Below, in pieces: positions 30,890-39,716 of a stretch of 58,275 nucleotides of DNA. Source of the DNA: a virus (taxonomy: Duplodnaviria > Caudoviricetes); IMG/VR virus record IMGVR_UViG_3300046697_000236, positions 1 to 58,275 of that record, one strand, 5' to 3'. Position 1 is the first letter of the stretch; each line of letters starts with the position of its first letter. Made by a program: the position numbers and the translations under genes. Below the pieces are notes generated by a model, which saw nothing but the letters and a program-made list of their open reading frames with translations, did no database searches and was not told where the DNA came from.

Positions 30890-30983
30890 TAAAATTAACT
30901 AAGAGTTATTGAAATAAAATAGGAATTATCCATTGATCTATGGGGGATTCCAACATAATTCAAAAATGTTATGTTTAATTTTG
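30890..30983. promoter_or_regulatory. Late promoter 2 (divergent): ATAGGAAT...TGGGGGATTCC element with -7 boxes on both strands
   Basis: TAATTTTA (-) at 30890-30897, element at 30919-30953, TAATTTTG (+) just upstream of ATG 30990. Confidence 0.6.
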
Positions 30984-30989
30984 CATATT

Positions 30990-31403
30990 ATGAATAAACA
31001 TTATACGCGCGAAGACAAGATCGCCATACTATGCTTACTGAGGGATCATGATTACAACTATCCCGTTGTGGCTAAATTAACAAAAGTTACTCCTAAAACG
31101 CTAAGTGCCTGGAATGATAAATTAGGGGATAAGATTGCTGATGATAATAATCTACCGACTATCATCGCTCATGCCAAAGTCGATATTCAAGTTAAGCGCA
31201 ACGAGGTGATAGAAAGAGCATTCCCGGTAATCGAGATGATTACTGACCGAATGAAAAAACTTATTCCTAAATGCAAAAGAATGGATCATCTGGCTCAAGC
31301 CTATAAGATTCTTAATGAAGCTACTGTCAATCCTGCACATGTCAATATTCAAAATACACAGATAAACATCATTGATCAACTCAATGAGAGACTTAAAAAT
31401 TAA
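30990..31403 (+). CDS. Putative terminase small subunit (N-terminal HTH)
   Basis: YTREDKIAIL..VAKLTKVTPKTLSAW HTH, helical middle, NIQNTQINI beta-tail; start MNKHY follows the promoter. Confidence 0.5.
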   Translation: MNKHYTREDKIAILCLLRDHDYNYPVVAKLTKVTPKTLSAWNDKLGDKIADDNNLPTIIAHAKVDIQVKRNEVIERAFPVIEMITDRMKKLIPKCKRMDHLAQAYKILNEATVNPAHVNIQNTQINIIDQLNERLKN

Positions 31404-31408
31404 ATAAA

Positions 31409-34045
31409 ATGGGAAAAGGAATAGTTAATTTTAAGGGAACAATGCGAAACTATTCCCATGACAATGTTCCTGATGGAGCCTGTGAGCAAATTATTAACAT
31501 GCGTTATGAAAAGAATGCGTGGGTTCCGGTAGGACCTAAATCTTTAATTACTTTTCCTACCATACCCGCCAATCTGGTAGGCGGTATTTCTTCTACAAAA
31601 AAAATGTGGGGGTGTAATCTTGATACAGGAATGGTACTTGTTATATTTGATTCCTCTACAGGCGTTATCCAGATAATGAAAAATTACCAAGACACTGGTT
31701 GGGCGGGTCCGTTTGCGTTAGCTACTTTTTTAGGTAAGACGATAAATATAAAATTTCTCAATAATGTTATTTTAATTTTCGACAATACGGACAAGCAAAT
31801 CCATTATGCAATATCTTCACCTGATCCCACCATTATTTATTATTATGCAGGCACTATGCAACTGCCAGAGATCGATTTTAACCCCATCAATTATACGTTG
31901 GTAGGACCAGGAAGTATCGTCATCAATTACACATCAGTAGATCAACTAGACTGGAATACGGCTTTTAGTGCTGCCCTGTACGCTGACCAAAATGTTAAAT
32001 ACCAGGCAGGATTCATAGAGGGCTCTGTGAGTATTATCTGCGCCTATGAGCTTTTTGACGGAACATATATTTATCATTCTGTCCCCAAGAGATTATTTGT
32101 TGGTAATTCTTCAGGGATATTCGATAACTCTCCCGGGTATCCCTATGCGCCTCTAAATCCAAAAATGTTATTATGGTCGAATGGCGCACCAAATACGCTT
32201 GGCCTTCAAGGGTATGCTTATGGACAGATTTTGATGGAATTTAATATTGGAGCTAATCTGGCACTGCTGAAATCGAACTATAAAGACATCATTAAAAATA
32301 TAACTGTTTTTATGACCAAACCACAACCATCTATCTTGCTTGATGATGCGTGGCAAATAGGAGCATCACCAGGAAGCGAACGGGTGCTAAAACATTCTCC
32401 TTATTACGATATTAATACGGGACCCACTACTTCTGGTTCTATGATATATCAAGATATTAATTACTATAGAGTTGCAATATATTCACTAGACGATACGAGA
32501 CTTGCCCTGGGTTCAAATCCATTGCCCGTAGGCGATCTTACGGATATTGCAACCAGGCTAGAGCTTCCGGTTGATAATTTCTCTAGAGTCCAGCTTCACT
32601 CAACAGTTTCACAACTTTATAATTCGCGTCTCAATCTAGCTAATATTAATGTTAATTTTCCAAGCATTTTAAATTTTTGGATATCAACGGCAGGAAACCC
32701 CACTACTAATATTTATTGGTGCGAGTTTACTATTAATACTGATCAGGGAATATTTGTTGTTAATAGCGCTACCGTGAATTCGACAAATAGTGATGGATCT
32801 GTTGATGTTCTTAGTTTTCCTTTTCCTGACTCTAGGTGTTCAAAAATGAGAATAGTTAAGCAAGCAGGAGTAAGTGGTCCCATGTACGCTACCGGTTACT
32901 TCAATATGGCTCCTAATAACATTCATAATTTTTCTTATTTTTATGATCCGGCTCAACAGTCTACATTTAATATTCCGGATTCTGCCTTCGCTACCGCAAC
33001 ACTAGGAACCAAAATGTCGTATACTGAACCTACTAGAGTTCAGATTTCGCAAGTTAATAATCCTTTTTATTTCCCCGCAAATCTTTCTTATCATGTTGGT
33101 GCTTCCGACATACTGGGACTTGCTGATAATGCCATGCCAGTTGACCTCACCCAATTTGGACAGTATCCAATAATCGTCTTTTCCAAAGACGGAAATTGGG
33201 CAATGAATATAGGAACGGGGAATGTTTATATAACAAACATAACACCTCATAGCTCTAAGCCTGCCGTTTCGGGCACGATACTTGCCAGGGTAGAAGACTT
33301 TATAATCTATCAATCCATTGAGGGATTAATGATAATGGGGGGTAGGGATTCGAATTGTGCCACTAAAATCCTAGAGACAGGTTTTGGTAATCCGTTAATT
33401 AATGACACAATATATCAATCAATCCTTGGTTCGCTACAATTGGTTGGATTGTATTCCTCGGTGACAAACGACGATTTTCTGAATAATTTTATCGCAATCC
33501 CATCTAACTTAATTTTAGGTTATAATTTTAAAAAGAGAGAGATAATAATCTCGAACTTGGGTAATCAAAATTATAGTTGGGTTTATTCATTAATATCAAA
33601 TAGTTGGCAGAAGATATCAGATACTTTTTCTTCATTTATTAATTGCTTTGGATTATGGTATGGCATCAGATCTGGTGATGGTAAGATTGTTGATCTTGCA
33701 GTTGAGACACAGAATGCTCCGGTACAAGTAATGATACAGACCGCTCCGGTAAATTTCGGGGACCAAATGTTTAAAAATCTCAAACGTTCTTTATTGAGAT
33801 GCCGCGTGACTTTAAATAATGGCTGTTTTTTCGGCTTTTATCTTTATCGTAGGCAAATAGATAGTTGGCTGCTCGTTGGTGGAAACGAGACTGCCGGAAT
33901 CGCAAATATCGTTAACAATTCACCTATACCAAAAGGATCAACAAGCCAAGAATACATATTTATTTTCATTGGCCAATTAACCCAAGGATTTATAACTGGA
34001 ATCGAATCTGAAATAGAACAGGCTTACACTTCTAAAATACGTTAG
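31409..34045 (+). CDS. Putative tail nozzle / head-stabilisation protein (tail tubular protein B-like)
   Basis: 878-aa beta-rich protein; YNSRLNLAN, FGQYPIIVF and FKNLKR motifs. Confidence 0.6.
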   Translation: MGKGIVNFKGTMRNYSHDNVPDGACEQIINMRYEKNAWVPVGPKSLITFPTIPANLVGGISSTKKMWGCNLDTGMVLVIFDSSTGVIQIMKNYQDTGWAGPFALATFLGKTINIKFLNNVILIFDNTDKQIHYAISSPDPTIIYYYAGTMQLPEIDFNPINYTLVGPGSIVINYTSVDQLDWNTAFSAALYADQNVKYQAGFIEGSVSIICAYELFDGTYIYHSVPKRLFVGNSSGIFDNSPGYPYAPLNPKMLLWSNGAPNTLGLQGYAYGQILMEFNIGANLALLKSNYKDIIKNITVFMTKPQPSILLDDAWQIGASPGSERVLKHSPYYDINTGPTTSGSMIYQDINYYRVAIYSLDDTRLALGSNPLPVGDLTDIATRLELPVDNFSRVQLHSTVSQLYNSRLNLANINVNFPSILNFWISTAGNPTTNIYWCEFTINTDQGIFVVNSATVNSTNSDGSVDVLSFPFPDSRCSKMRIVKQAGVSGPMYATGYFNMAPNNIHNFSYFYDPAQQSTFNIPDSAFATATLGTKMSYTEPTRVQISQVNNPFYFPANLSYHVGASDILGLADNAMPVDLTQFGQYPIIVFSKDGNWAMNIGTGNVYITNITPHSSKPAVSGTILARVEDFIIYQSIEGLMIMGGRDSNCATKILETGFGNPLINDTIYQSILGSLQLVGLYSSVTNDDFLNNFIAIPSNLILGYNFKKREIIISNLGNQNYSWVYSLISNSWQKISDTFSSFINCFGLWYGIRSGDGKIVDLAVETQNAPVQVMIQTAPVNFGDQMFKNLKRSLLRCRVTLNNGCFFGFYLYRRQIDSWLLVGGNETAGIANIVNNSPIPKGSTSQEYIFIFIGQLTQGFITGIESEIEQAYTSKIR

Positions 34046-34440
34046 TTATATACATACTTAGTACGCAATTGCACATAAGTGCATTGGCCAGCCCTCAAAA
34101 TGGTATCCACTGAGGCATACCATTCTTCCTGATTAATAAGACCAGTTATGTGACATTGCATTGTTTCGGATTCCCCTAATCCGATCACCAAAGAAACAGA
34201 CTTTCCGTCCCCGAATCTAGGGACTGAATCACAATTTTCAAAACTTTTATAAGCAATAGAATTACCCAATGAGGAAGTCCCCTTCCATATTACTGCGGAA
34301 GAAGCGTAGGAACCTGTTGCCTCAAATATCGAATTCATTGTCTTTCTATTCTGCCAAATACAAACCTGTGCGGTATGATTTTCTTTCTGGCAGCCAGCAA
34401 TGATAATTGCAATTACGCTGATTAATAAGAGTTTCTTCAT
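34042..34440 (-). CDS. Lipoprotein
   Basis: MKKLLLISVIAIIIAGC lipobox from the ATG at 34440. Confidence 0.7.
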   Translation of the reverse strand: MKKLLLISVIAIIIAGCQKENHTAQVCIWQNRKTMNSIFEATGSYASSAVIWKGTSSLGNSIAYKSFENCDSVPRFGDGKSVSLVIGLGESETMQCHITGLINQEEWYASVDTILRAGQCTYVQLRTKYVYN

Positions 34441-34445
34441 ATAAT

Positions 34446-35126
34446 TTAATTTTGAATTGTTAATGTTTGCGATAACCAATTAATTCCCTTTTGTGTCACT
34501 AATGTTTTAACATGTATGCGTGTTCGCTCGCCAATAATTATTGGCGTTTCAATGCACGTAAAGTAGCCCTGCCCAATAAATCGTTGGTAGGGAATATTAT
34601 CTTTATCTAAAATATTTTGCTCACGAAGCCTTTTGAAAAGACCATTTCTGCCAACACCAAACTTCAAAACCTTTGCTGCATCTCCAATATCAATGCAGTC
34701 ACCTGAACTCATTACCTTATCGAATGTCTCTGCCTTGGGCGTGAGTTCTTTTATTTTGATTTCAGCAAGTTCCCTAGCTTCTTCTGCTTGAACAACCATA
34801 AGGGCAAGATCCTTTCTGGAAAGTTCTTTTTTGAGGTTGCAGTAATCTTTTTCACATTCAATAAAATAATTACGAGCGAGCATTCCTTGGCTTGTACGTT
34901 GCATCATACTCCAATGTTTCGCACACTCAATTGTTAAAACCCAATCAACCATCTGATTTTCAATGCTCACTTTTGAGCAATCAATATCTACGGTAAATCC
35001 ATAATCTATCATTCTATAAACCCACGTATCAAATCGTGTTTCAATTTGTAGAAATTCATGCAATTCCCTTGCGGAAATAACATTTTTACCGCCCTCTGAT
35101 TTTTTAACTTTAATCAATTCGTTCAT
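34446..35126 (-). CDS. ant: Phage antirepressor (AntA/AntB N-terminal plus KilAC C-terminal)
   Basis: ISARELHEFL, ARNYFIECEK, PYQRFI and VTQKGINWL motifs; start MNELIK. Confidence 0.85.
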   Translation of the reverse strand: MNELIKVKKSEGGKNVISARELHEFLQIETRFDTWVYRMIDYGFTVDIDCSKVSIENQMVDWVLTIECAKHWSMMQRTSQGMLARNYFIECEKDYCNLKKELSRKDLALMVVQAEEARELAEIKIKELTPKAETFDKVMSSGDCIDIGDAAKVLKFGVGRNGLFKRLREQNILDKDNIPYQRFIGQGYFTCIETPIIIGERTRIHVKTLVTQKGINWLSQTLTIQN

Positions 35127-35151
35127 ATTATTTATTTTTATTAAAAACCAC

Positions 35152-35273
35152 GAAGCCCGAATCAGTGCTACCAGGCAACTAAAACGGGCTTCTTTTCTAT
35201 TTGGTTTTATCTTGTTATTGCTGGTAGACAATGAATCAAAAATACAATATTAAAACTCAAAAGTCAAGTAAAA
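35152..35273 (-). promoter_or_regulatory. Promoter and structured leader of the antirepressor gene
   Basis: TATTTTTG -7 box 35237-35244, TTTTACTTGACTTT 35260-35273, hairpin gaagcccg/cgggcttc 35152-35192. Confidence 0.6.
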
Positions 35274-35284
35274 AGTGATTTATT

Positions 35285-36121
35285 TTACATTGGTGAATAA
35301 ACAGACTGCCGGGATTTATCATCTAGAGGATTATAAACTTGGCTGATGTCCTGGTTGTGGTAATAATGCAAAATACTTTTAATTGATCTGTGTCCGGTCA
35401 TCTGCATTGTCTTTGGCAAACTTGCGTTATCAACCAACTTTGTAATGTATTGATGTCTGAAGCTGTGAGGGGTTATTTTCCTGCCGATCTGCGTTTCGGC
35501 TTCATGGAGTACATTTCTTATGCTTGTCTCAGAATATTGGCCTCCATTTGGATTTTCAAAAAGATACTCTTTTGGATTAAACCTTTTAAGATATGCCAAG
35601 ATATATTTTTTCGCTACCTCATGAATCTGAACATCCCGGTTAATTCCATGCTTTAAGGTGTGAATAAAGATTTTGTCATGGATTAAGTCTACTTGAGATA
35701 ATTTGATATTGAGTAATTCCGATATTCTTATGCCAGTCGAAAATAGAAGTATTGTAAAAGTTTTATGTTTCAGATTACTGATTGATTTCATTACAGATAC
35801 AAATTCCTCATAGGTCATTACTTGGTGAAATTTCTTTTCAGACTTAATTGGAACAAACCAATTCATTTTGTTTGGCTGTTTCAATACTCGTTCATAAAGA
35901 ATTTTGGCTGCACTGCAAATCACATTATAATAGGAATCTGAATACCGTTCCCGGAATCCCGAAAAGTATCGTTTCAAATCAAGTTCAGACATTCTATAAA
36001 CTCGCTCGTTCTCAGAAAGGAATTTATTCTTTACTGATTTGTAGTTTTCTTTTGTTATTTCCGACAGCGGCATGAGTCCTAATTCTATGGCATACCTTTT
36101 ATTTAACTCTGACAATTCCAT
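35285..36121 (-). CDS. Tyrosine recombinase; integron-integrase-like (cassette recombinase)
   Basis: GIRISE (R), TLKHG (K), HSFRH, GHRS, HYYH and C-terminal NPLD; adjacent to attI-like site and cassette array. Confidence 0.9.
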   Translation of the reverse strand: MELSELNKRYAIELGLMPLSEITKENYKSVKNKFLSENERVYRMSELDLKRYFSGFRERYSDSYYNVICSAAKILYERVLKQPNKMNWFVPIKSEKKFHQVMTYEEFVSVMKSISNLKHKTFTILLFSTGIRISELLNIKLSQVDLIHDKIFIHTLKHGINRDVQIHEVAKKYILAYLKRFNPKEYLFENPNGGQYSETSIRNVLHEAETQIGRKITPHSFRHQYITKLVDNASLPKTMQMTGHRSIKSILHYYHNQDISQVYNPLDDKSRQSVYSPM

Positions 36122-36147
36122 ATAAAATGATTTTAATTATCAAACAC

Positions 36148-36181
36148 TTACCTTTATTGTAATTAATATATGTTATGTGGC
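36148..36181 (+). other. attI-like site; crossover G/TT at 36172/36173
   Basis: AT-rich aattaatatatGTTATGTGGC 51 bp from the integrase start; no hairpin to its left; core complementary to GCCACATAAC at 36339. Confidence 0.75.
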
Positions 36182-36328
36182 ATTAGGCTTCGGTGCATTC
36201 ATTTCTCGCACCAATTCCATTATCTTCTCCATAACTTTAACAACATATTTTTCACTACATTCGGTTTCTATTTTTACACCAGCCCGAACCAATGGTGCTT
36301 CAATTGTAATTTTATATTTATTGTTCAT
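36173..36328 (-). CDS. Cassette 1 hypothetical protein (51 aa)
   Basis: MNNKYKIT...; stop TAA is the TTA of the recombination core. Confidence 0.65.
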   Translation of the reverse strand: MNNKYKITIEAPLVRAGVKIETECSEKYVVKVMEKIMELVREMNAPKPNAT

Positions 36329-36338
36329 AATAATTAAC

Positions 36339-36463
36339 GCCACATAACAACGTGTATAAAACATTGCCCTTCGTGGTCTTTTTTTAGTTTATATTAATTT
36401 TATAATTCTGTTCATTCTATTAAGTTCTGTGTTGGCAACGTTTCATACACGCAGCCGTTAGAG
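36339..36463 (+). repeat. attC-like site 1
   Basis: GCCACATAAC-cgtgtataaaacattgcc...ggcaacgtttcatacacg-cagcc-GTTAGAG. Confidence 0.85.
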
Positions 36464-36540
36464 TTCAATCGGATTGCTCGCACTAAGCCCTCCCGCTGCA
36501 ATCCGAACGAGAAAGCAAAATTAAAATAAATGCCACCCCA

Positions 36541-36873
36541 CTAAAAATAATTAACCTCGTAACTTACTTTCATTCCTTCATCAAAAGAATATAGAGGCGA
36601 AGGAAATTCAAACGTAACAATACGTTCTCCTTCAATGGTATCGTTATCTACATACCATATTTCTTTGTCTGGATATTTTTCGCATATAATACGTTTGAAT
36701 CTCCTTTTGCTAAGATCATTTAATAAATATCCATATCCTTTTTTGATAAGTCGATCTTTAATTATTTCTTCTTTTTTCGCCTCTATATCTGAGGCCTGTT
36801 TCATCAATAATTCATTTAATGAGCGTTGTTTATCACCCATCTCCGAAAATAATGATTCTAAATTTTTATCCAT
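36541..36873 (-). CDS. Cassette 2 hypothetical protein (110 aa)
   Basis: ATG 36873 preceded by GGGAGGT. Confidence 0.7.
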   Translation of the reverse strand: MDKNLESLFSEMGDKQRSLNELLMKQASDIEAKKEEIIKDRLIKKGYGYLLNDLSKRRFKRIICEKYPDKEIWYVDNDTIEGERIVTFEFPSPLYSFDEGMKVSYEVNYF

Positions 36874-36971
36874 ATTACCTCCCAAATTTATTTTAATTAA
36901 GCATCTTTTCTCTTTGAACTCTAACGATCAGTAGCAACAGCCCATCTACATAGTACCCACGCAATCCGACT

Positions 36972-37076
36972 GACTCTAACAAGACCTATCAGCGATATAT
37001 GCGCTGTACTTCGGGGCTGTTTCAGCTTTACTTTATGCGAAGCGCATAAACCGCTGATAGCTCCTGATCGTTAGTC
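36972..37076 (+). repeat. attC-like site 2
   Basis: gactcTAAC-ctatcagcgatatatgcgct...agcgcataaaccgctgatag-ctcctgatc-GTTAGTC. Confidence 0.8.
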
Positions 37077-37200
37077 GCAAACCGCTTGCACCCCAATGAT
37101 GCCCGAAGCGGTCATCCCCTTTAACACACACGGGCGAACAAAACAATGAAATAAAATAAAATTAGTTTTACCACCACACATCGGATTGTACCAATCCGTG

Positions 37201-37230
37201 AAAATAAGGGCTGCTATCATACAGCCCCTA
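37201..37230 (-). terminator. Intrinsic terminator-like hairpin inside cassette 3
   Basis: GGGCTG-tatgatag-CAGCCC-TTATTTT on the minus strand just after the cassette 3 gene. Confidence 0.55.
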
Positions 37231-37245
37231 TCAATATTACCTTAA

Positions 37246-37461
37246 TCAATCCTTAAGGTCAACCAATATCCAACTATCAGCCGATACCAGTTCACTCCTG
37301 CCATTATTCATGCAGGTTTTTTTTCCATTTAATTGAGCAACTGAATCTATTAAATCTAATAGATTCCCTGATAATTGATCAAGTTTTTCTGTCTTGTCGA
37401 TAAGGGTTTTTACTCTGTTTTCAAGAAAATACACCCTGTTTTCTAATTTTTCTTTTGTCAT
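37246..37461 (-). CDS. Cassette 3 hypothetical coiled-coil protein (71 aa)
   Basis: MTKEKLENRV...; A-rich upstream region. Confidence 0.65.
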   Translation of the reverse strand: MTKEKLENRVYFLENRVKTLIDKTEKLDQLSGNLLDLIDSVAQLNGKKTCMNNGRSELVSADSWILVDLKD

Positions 37462-37638
37462 ACTTTTAATTGTTTTAAATTTATAATAAAGATAATAAAA
37501 AAATAAAAATTTCCTTCCCAAAAAACTAATTTAATTTATTTCAAAGTTTCTTTGTTCTTTTGCGACTAATGGCCGAGGCTGAGAGGCGTAATGTAATACG
37601 GCTTCTTTCTGTATCATATTACCCTTGCAAGTGGTCAG

Positions 37639-37743
37639 ACGACTAACAGGTCTGTAAACGTAATCGAGCGTATTACAAAAGCCTCAAACTCTCGTCGGGC
37701 AAAACAAAACGCCCGACTACGTTTACAGCCTCGGCCATTGGGA
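37639..37743 (+). repeat. attC-like site 3 (non-canonical A/TT core)
   Basis: acgacTAAC-ctgtaaacgtaatcgagcgt...acgcccgactacgtttacag-cctcggcc-ATTGGGA. Confidence 0.8.
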
Positions 37744-37880
37744 AGAATTATGCTCGCACGGCTATCCGCACAAAGCATCCACCTTCCACCACACTCACCA
37801 AAAGCAAATTCTTCCCAATGAGTCGGGCATAAGGCCGTCCGCACATTCCATCTATGACTTGCGCCTCCCCGCAAAACTCT

Positions 37881-38129
37881 CACCAACAAGTCATAAATGA
37901 AATAAAATCTATGACTTTTTTCGCCACCACTCACATGATCTATATGAACGTAGTACCCTAAATAACCCAGTACTATTATTAATATAATTTAATACGCAAA
38001 CACCCTTCTGATATTTGACAACTCTGTCATAATAATCACAGTTTGTACATTTTTTTTCCATATTTATATAATTTACATTTCGCACAAAAGTCATAAATTT
38101 TACATTCACTTATGCCCGACTCGTTACCT
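37881..38129 (+). repeat. attC-like site 4 with a gene in its loop
   Basis: cacCAAC-aagtcataaatgaaataaaatctatgac...gtcataaattttacattcacttatg-cccgactc-GTTACCT. Confidence 0.7.
37909..38061 (-). CDS. Cassette 4 small Cys-rich protein (50 aa)
   Basis: MEKKCTNCDYY...C...CEWW, possible zinc-binding. Confidence 0.6.
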   Translation of the reverse strand: MEKKCTNCDYYDRVVKYQKGVCVLNYINNSTGLFRVLRSYRSCEWWRKKS

Positions 38130-38666
38130 GCAATGCCTTTCAACACTTGCGATAGTGTCGTGAATAGCCCCGCCATGTGAAAATAATGCAATTCGCTCAA
38201 CATTAAAGCCTCTATTAACTCCCATTGTGTTACTGTGGTAGCCGAAGGTTATTACAAGTCCATTTGGTTTTAGTATTCTCGGTAGTTCATCTTTAAGTTG
38301 GCGAAACGGTGAGGCTTTAATACCTTTGTACATTTCCATACTTTTACGATATGCGTATGGCGGGTCTAACAAAACCGTAGCAAACCTATCTCCATTCCAC
38401 TCTTTTACAAATTGTAGCGCATCTTTGTTATAGTCTGCCAACGCTTCAATATCAAGGTCGTTTCTTATTTCATCTATATTTAGCTTTGTTTTGCCAGCAA
38501 ATAAATTAAGCGTCTTGCCTTCGCACGTTTTTTCAGTCCACTCCCTAATAGGTTTGATACTAAACGTCCATCTACTTAATGGGCATTTTATGTAATCGAA
38601 CAACGGCACAGCAGGTAACACGGTATATAGTGCATTGCTTCCGTTCTCTGTTTTTAGTTTATCCAT
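38124..38666 (-). CDS. Cassette 5 DNA adenine methyltransferase-like protein
   Basis: LNLFAG (motif I) and LDPPY (motif IV); starts in the attC loop and stops in the core. Confidence 0.75.
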   Translation of the reverse strand: MDKLKTENGSNALYTVLPAVPLFDYIKCPLSRWTFSIKPIREWTEKTCEGKTLNLFAGKTKLNIDEIRNDLDIEALADYNKDALQFVKEWNGDRFATVLLDPPYAYRKSMEMYKGIKASPFRQLKDELPRILKPNGLVITFGYHSNTMGVNRGFNVERIALFSHGGAIHDTIASVERHCR

Positions 38667-38732
38667 AATTTTAACTTTTGTATTTCAATTTTAGTTTTGT
38701 GATGCAACGCACCATATACCCAATCGTTATAC
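38611..38732 (+). repeat. attC-like site 5
   Basis: GCAGGTAAC-ggtatatagtgcattgc...gcaacgcaccatatacc-caatc-GTTATAC. Confidence 0.85.
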
Positions 38733-38817
38733 CGCAATCCTTCCCAGCTCACACAATCCACCCCCAAAGTATTGCGGTATAACGGGCGAGCGCATTCGCA
38801 CACCGCTGTGAAGGACA

Positions 38818-39071
38818 GCGGATAACACCACATAAAGCAAATTTTATAATCTTAAATTTCACGCACAATCTGTTTTTCATCTATTTCTATCATTGAATCA
38901 TCATCAAAATCATCTCCATCGTAATACCATGAATTAAACATCCAATGCGCAACGTGCCAAAATGGTTTATCTGACCATTTATAACCTAATACCCAATAAT
39001 AACCATCTTCTCTTTTCATATATCCAAAATTTAAAATTATAAAACTTGCCTTATGCGCTCGCCCGTTATGT
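38818..39071 (+). repeat. attC-like site 6 with a gene in its loop
   Basis: gcggaTAAC-cataaagcaattttataat...attataaaacttgccttatg-cgctcgccc-GTTATGT. Confidence 0.75.
38852..39019 (-). CDS. Cassette 6 small Trp-rich acidic protein (55 aa)
   Basis: MKREDGYYWV...; the longer track start crosses the cassette boundary. Confidence 0.65.
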   Translation of the reverse strand: MKREDGYYWVLGYKWSDKPFWHVAHWMFNSWYYDGDDFDDDSMIEIDEKQIVREI

Positions 39072-39137
39072 TCAATTAAATATTTTAAAAGTTTTTTGCC
39101 CACGCTCTCTTTCAATTTTTTCAAAATTGTGAAAAGG

Positions 39138-39716
39138 TTAGTTAAACCATCTAATTACTGTTTCGCCTTTAAATCCTTTCTCCCAAACATACCACGCATA
39201 GCAATTAGCAGAAGGTGTATTGTATTTCACAAAGTCTGCATTTTTAGCTAACAGCAATCTACTGCTGCTCACATAAACATATTTCGGAGGGTATGCTTTC
39301 AAAAATGGTTTTCGCCTTTGTCCTTCTAAAAATTGTATTCGCATAAGCATTACTACTTTACTTCCATCATCTACTAATCTCAATGCGTGTTCGCAAAATT
39401 GTTTCGCATCTCCGTATGGTGGGTTGGTAAGTATATCTCCATTCCAAGTTTCTAATTGCTCATACAAGTTTATTCCTGTTTCGCCATATCCTCTATCAAT
39501 CAAATCACTTGCCCTGCCAAGCAATCCTTTTGCTTCTAACACCTTTGCTAAATGCCCTTCACCACAGGCACACTCCCAAACATTTTTCAATTCTATTTCG
39601 GGCAAAAATATTTCTAATGCTTTCGGGTCGGTTGCGTAAAAATCATTTTCTTCTCTTTCTCCGTCAGCGTGAGCAGATGCTCCTAATGTTGTAAAATCTC
39701 CTTTTTTCATAATCAT
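39138..39716 (-). CDS. Cassette 7 N6-adenine DNA methyltransferase
   Basis: DFYATD, WECACGEG and LTNPPY motifs. Confidence 0.8.
   Translation of the reverse strand: MIMKKGDFTTLGASAHADGEREENDFYATDPKALEIFLPEIELKNVWECACGEGHLAKVLEAKGLLGRASDLIDRGYGETGINLYEQLETWNGDILTNPPYGDAKQFCEHALRLVDDGSKVVMLMRIQFLEGQRRKPFLKAYPPKYVYVSSSRLLLAKNADFVKYNTPSANCYAWYVWEKGFKGETVIRWFN

Noticed and set aside
35285-36121. Ordinary prophage integrase with attP
   Set aside because: The adjacent site is attI-like and feeds directly into cassettes, and no attP arm repeats or excisionase were seen; a dual role is not excluded
36458-37737. Group II intron or known small ribozyme in the structured cassettes
   Set aside because: No domain V, hammerhead or other catalytic consensus recognised and no RT gene; an Rfam scan would be needed to exclude it fully
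37635-37934. 99-aa minus-strand ORF
   Set aside because: Crosses a cassette boundary and runs through attC and splint sequence; probably spurious
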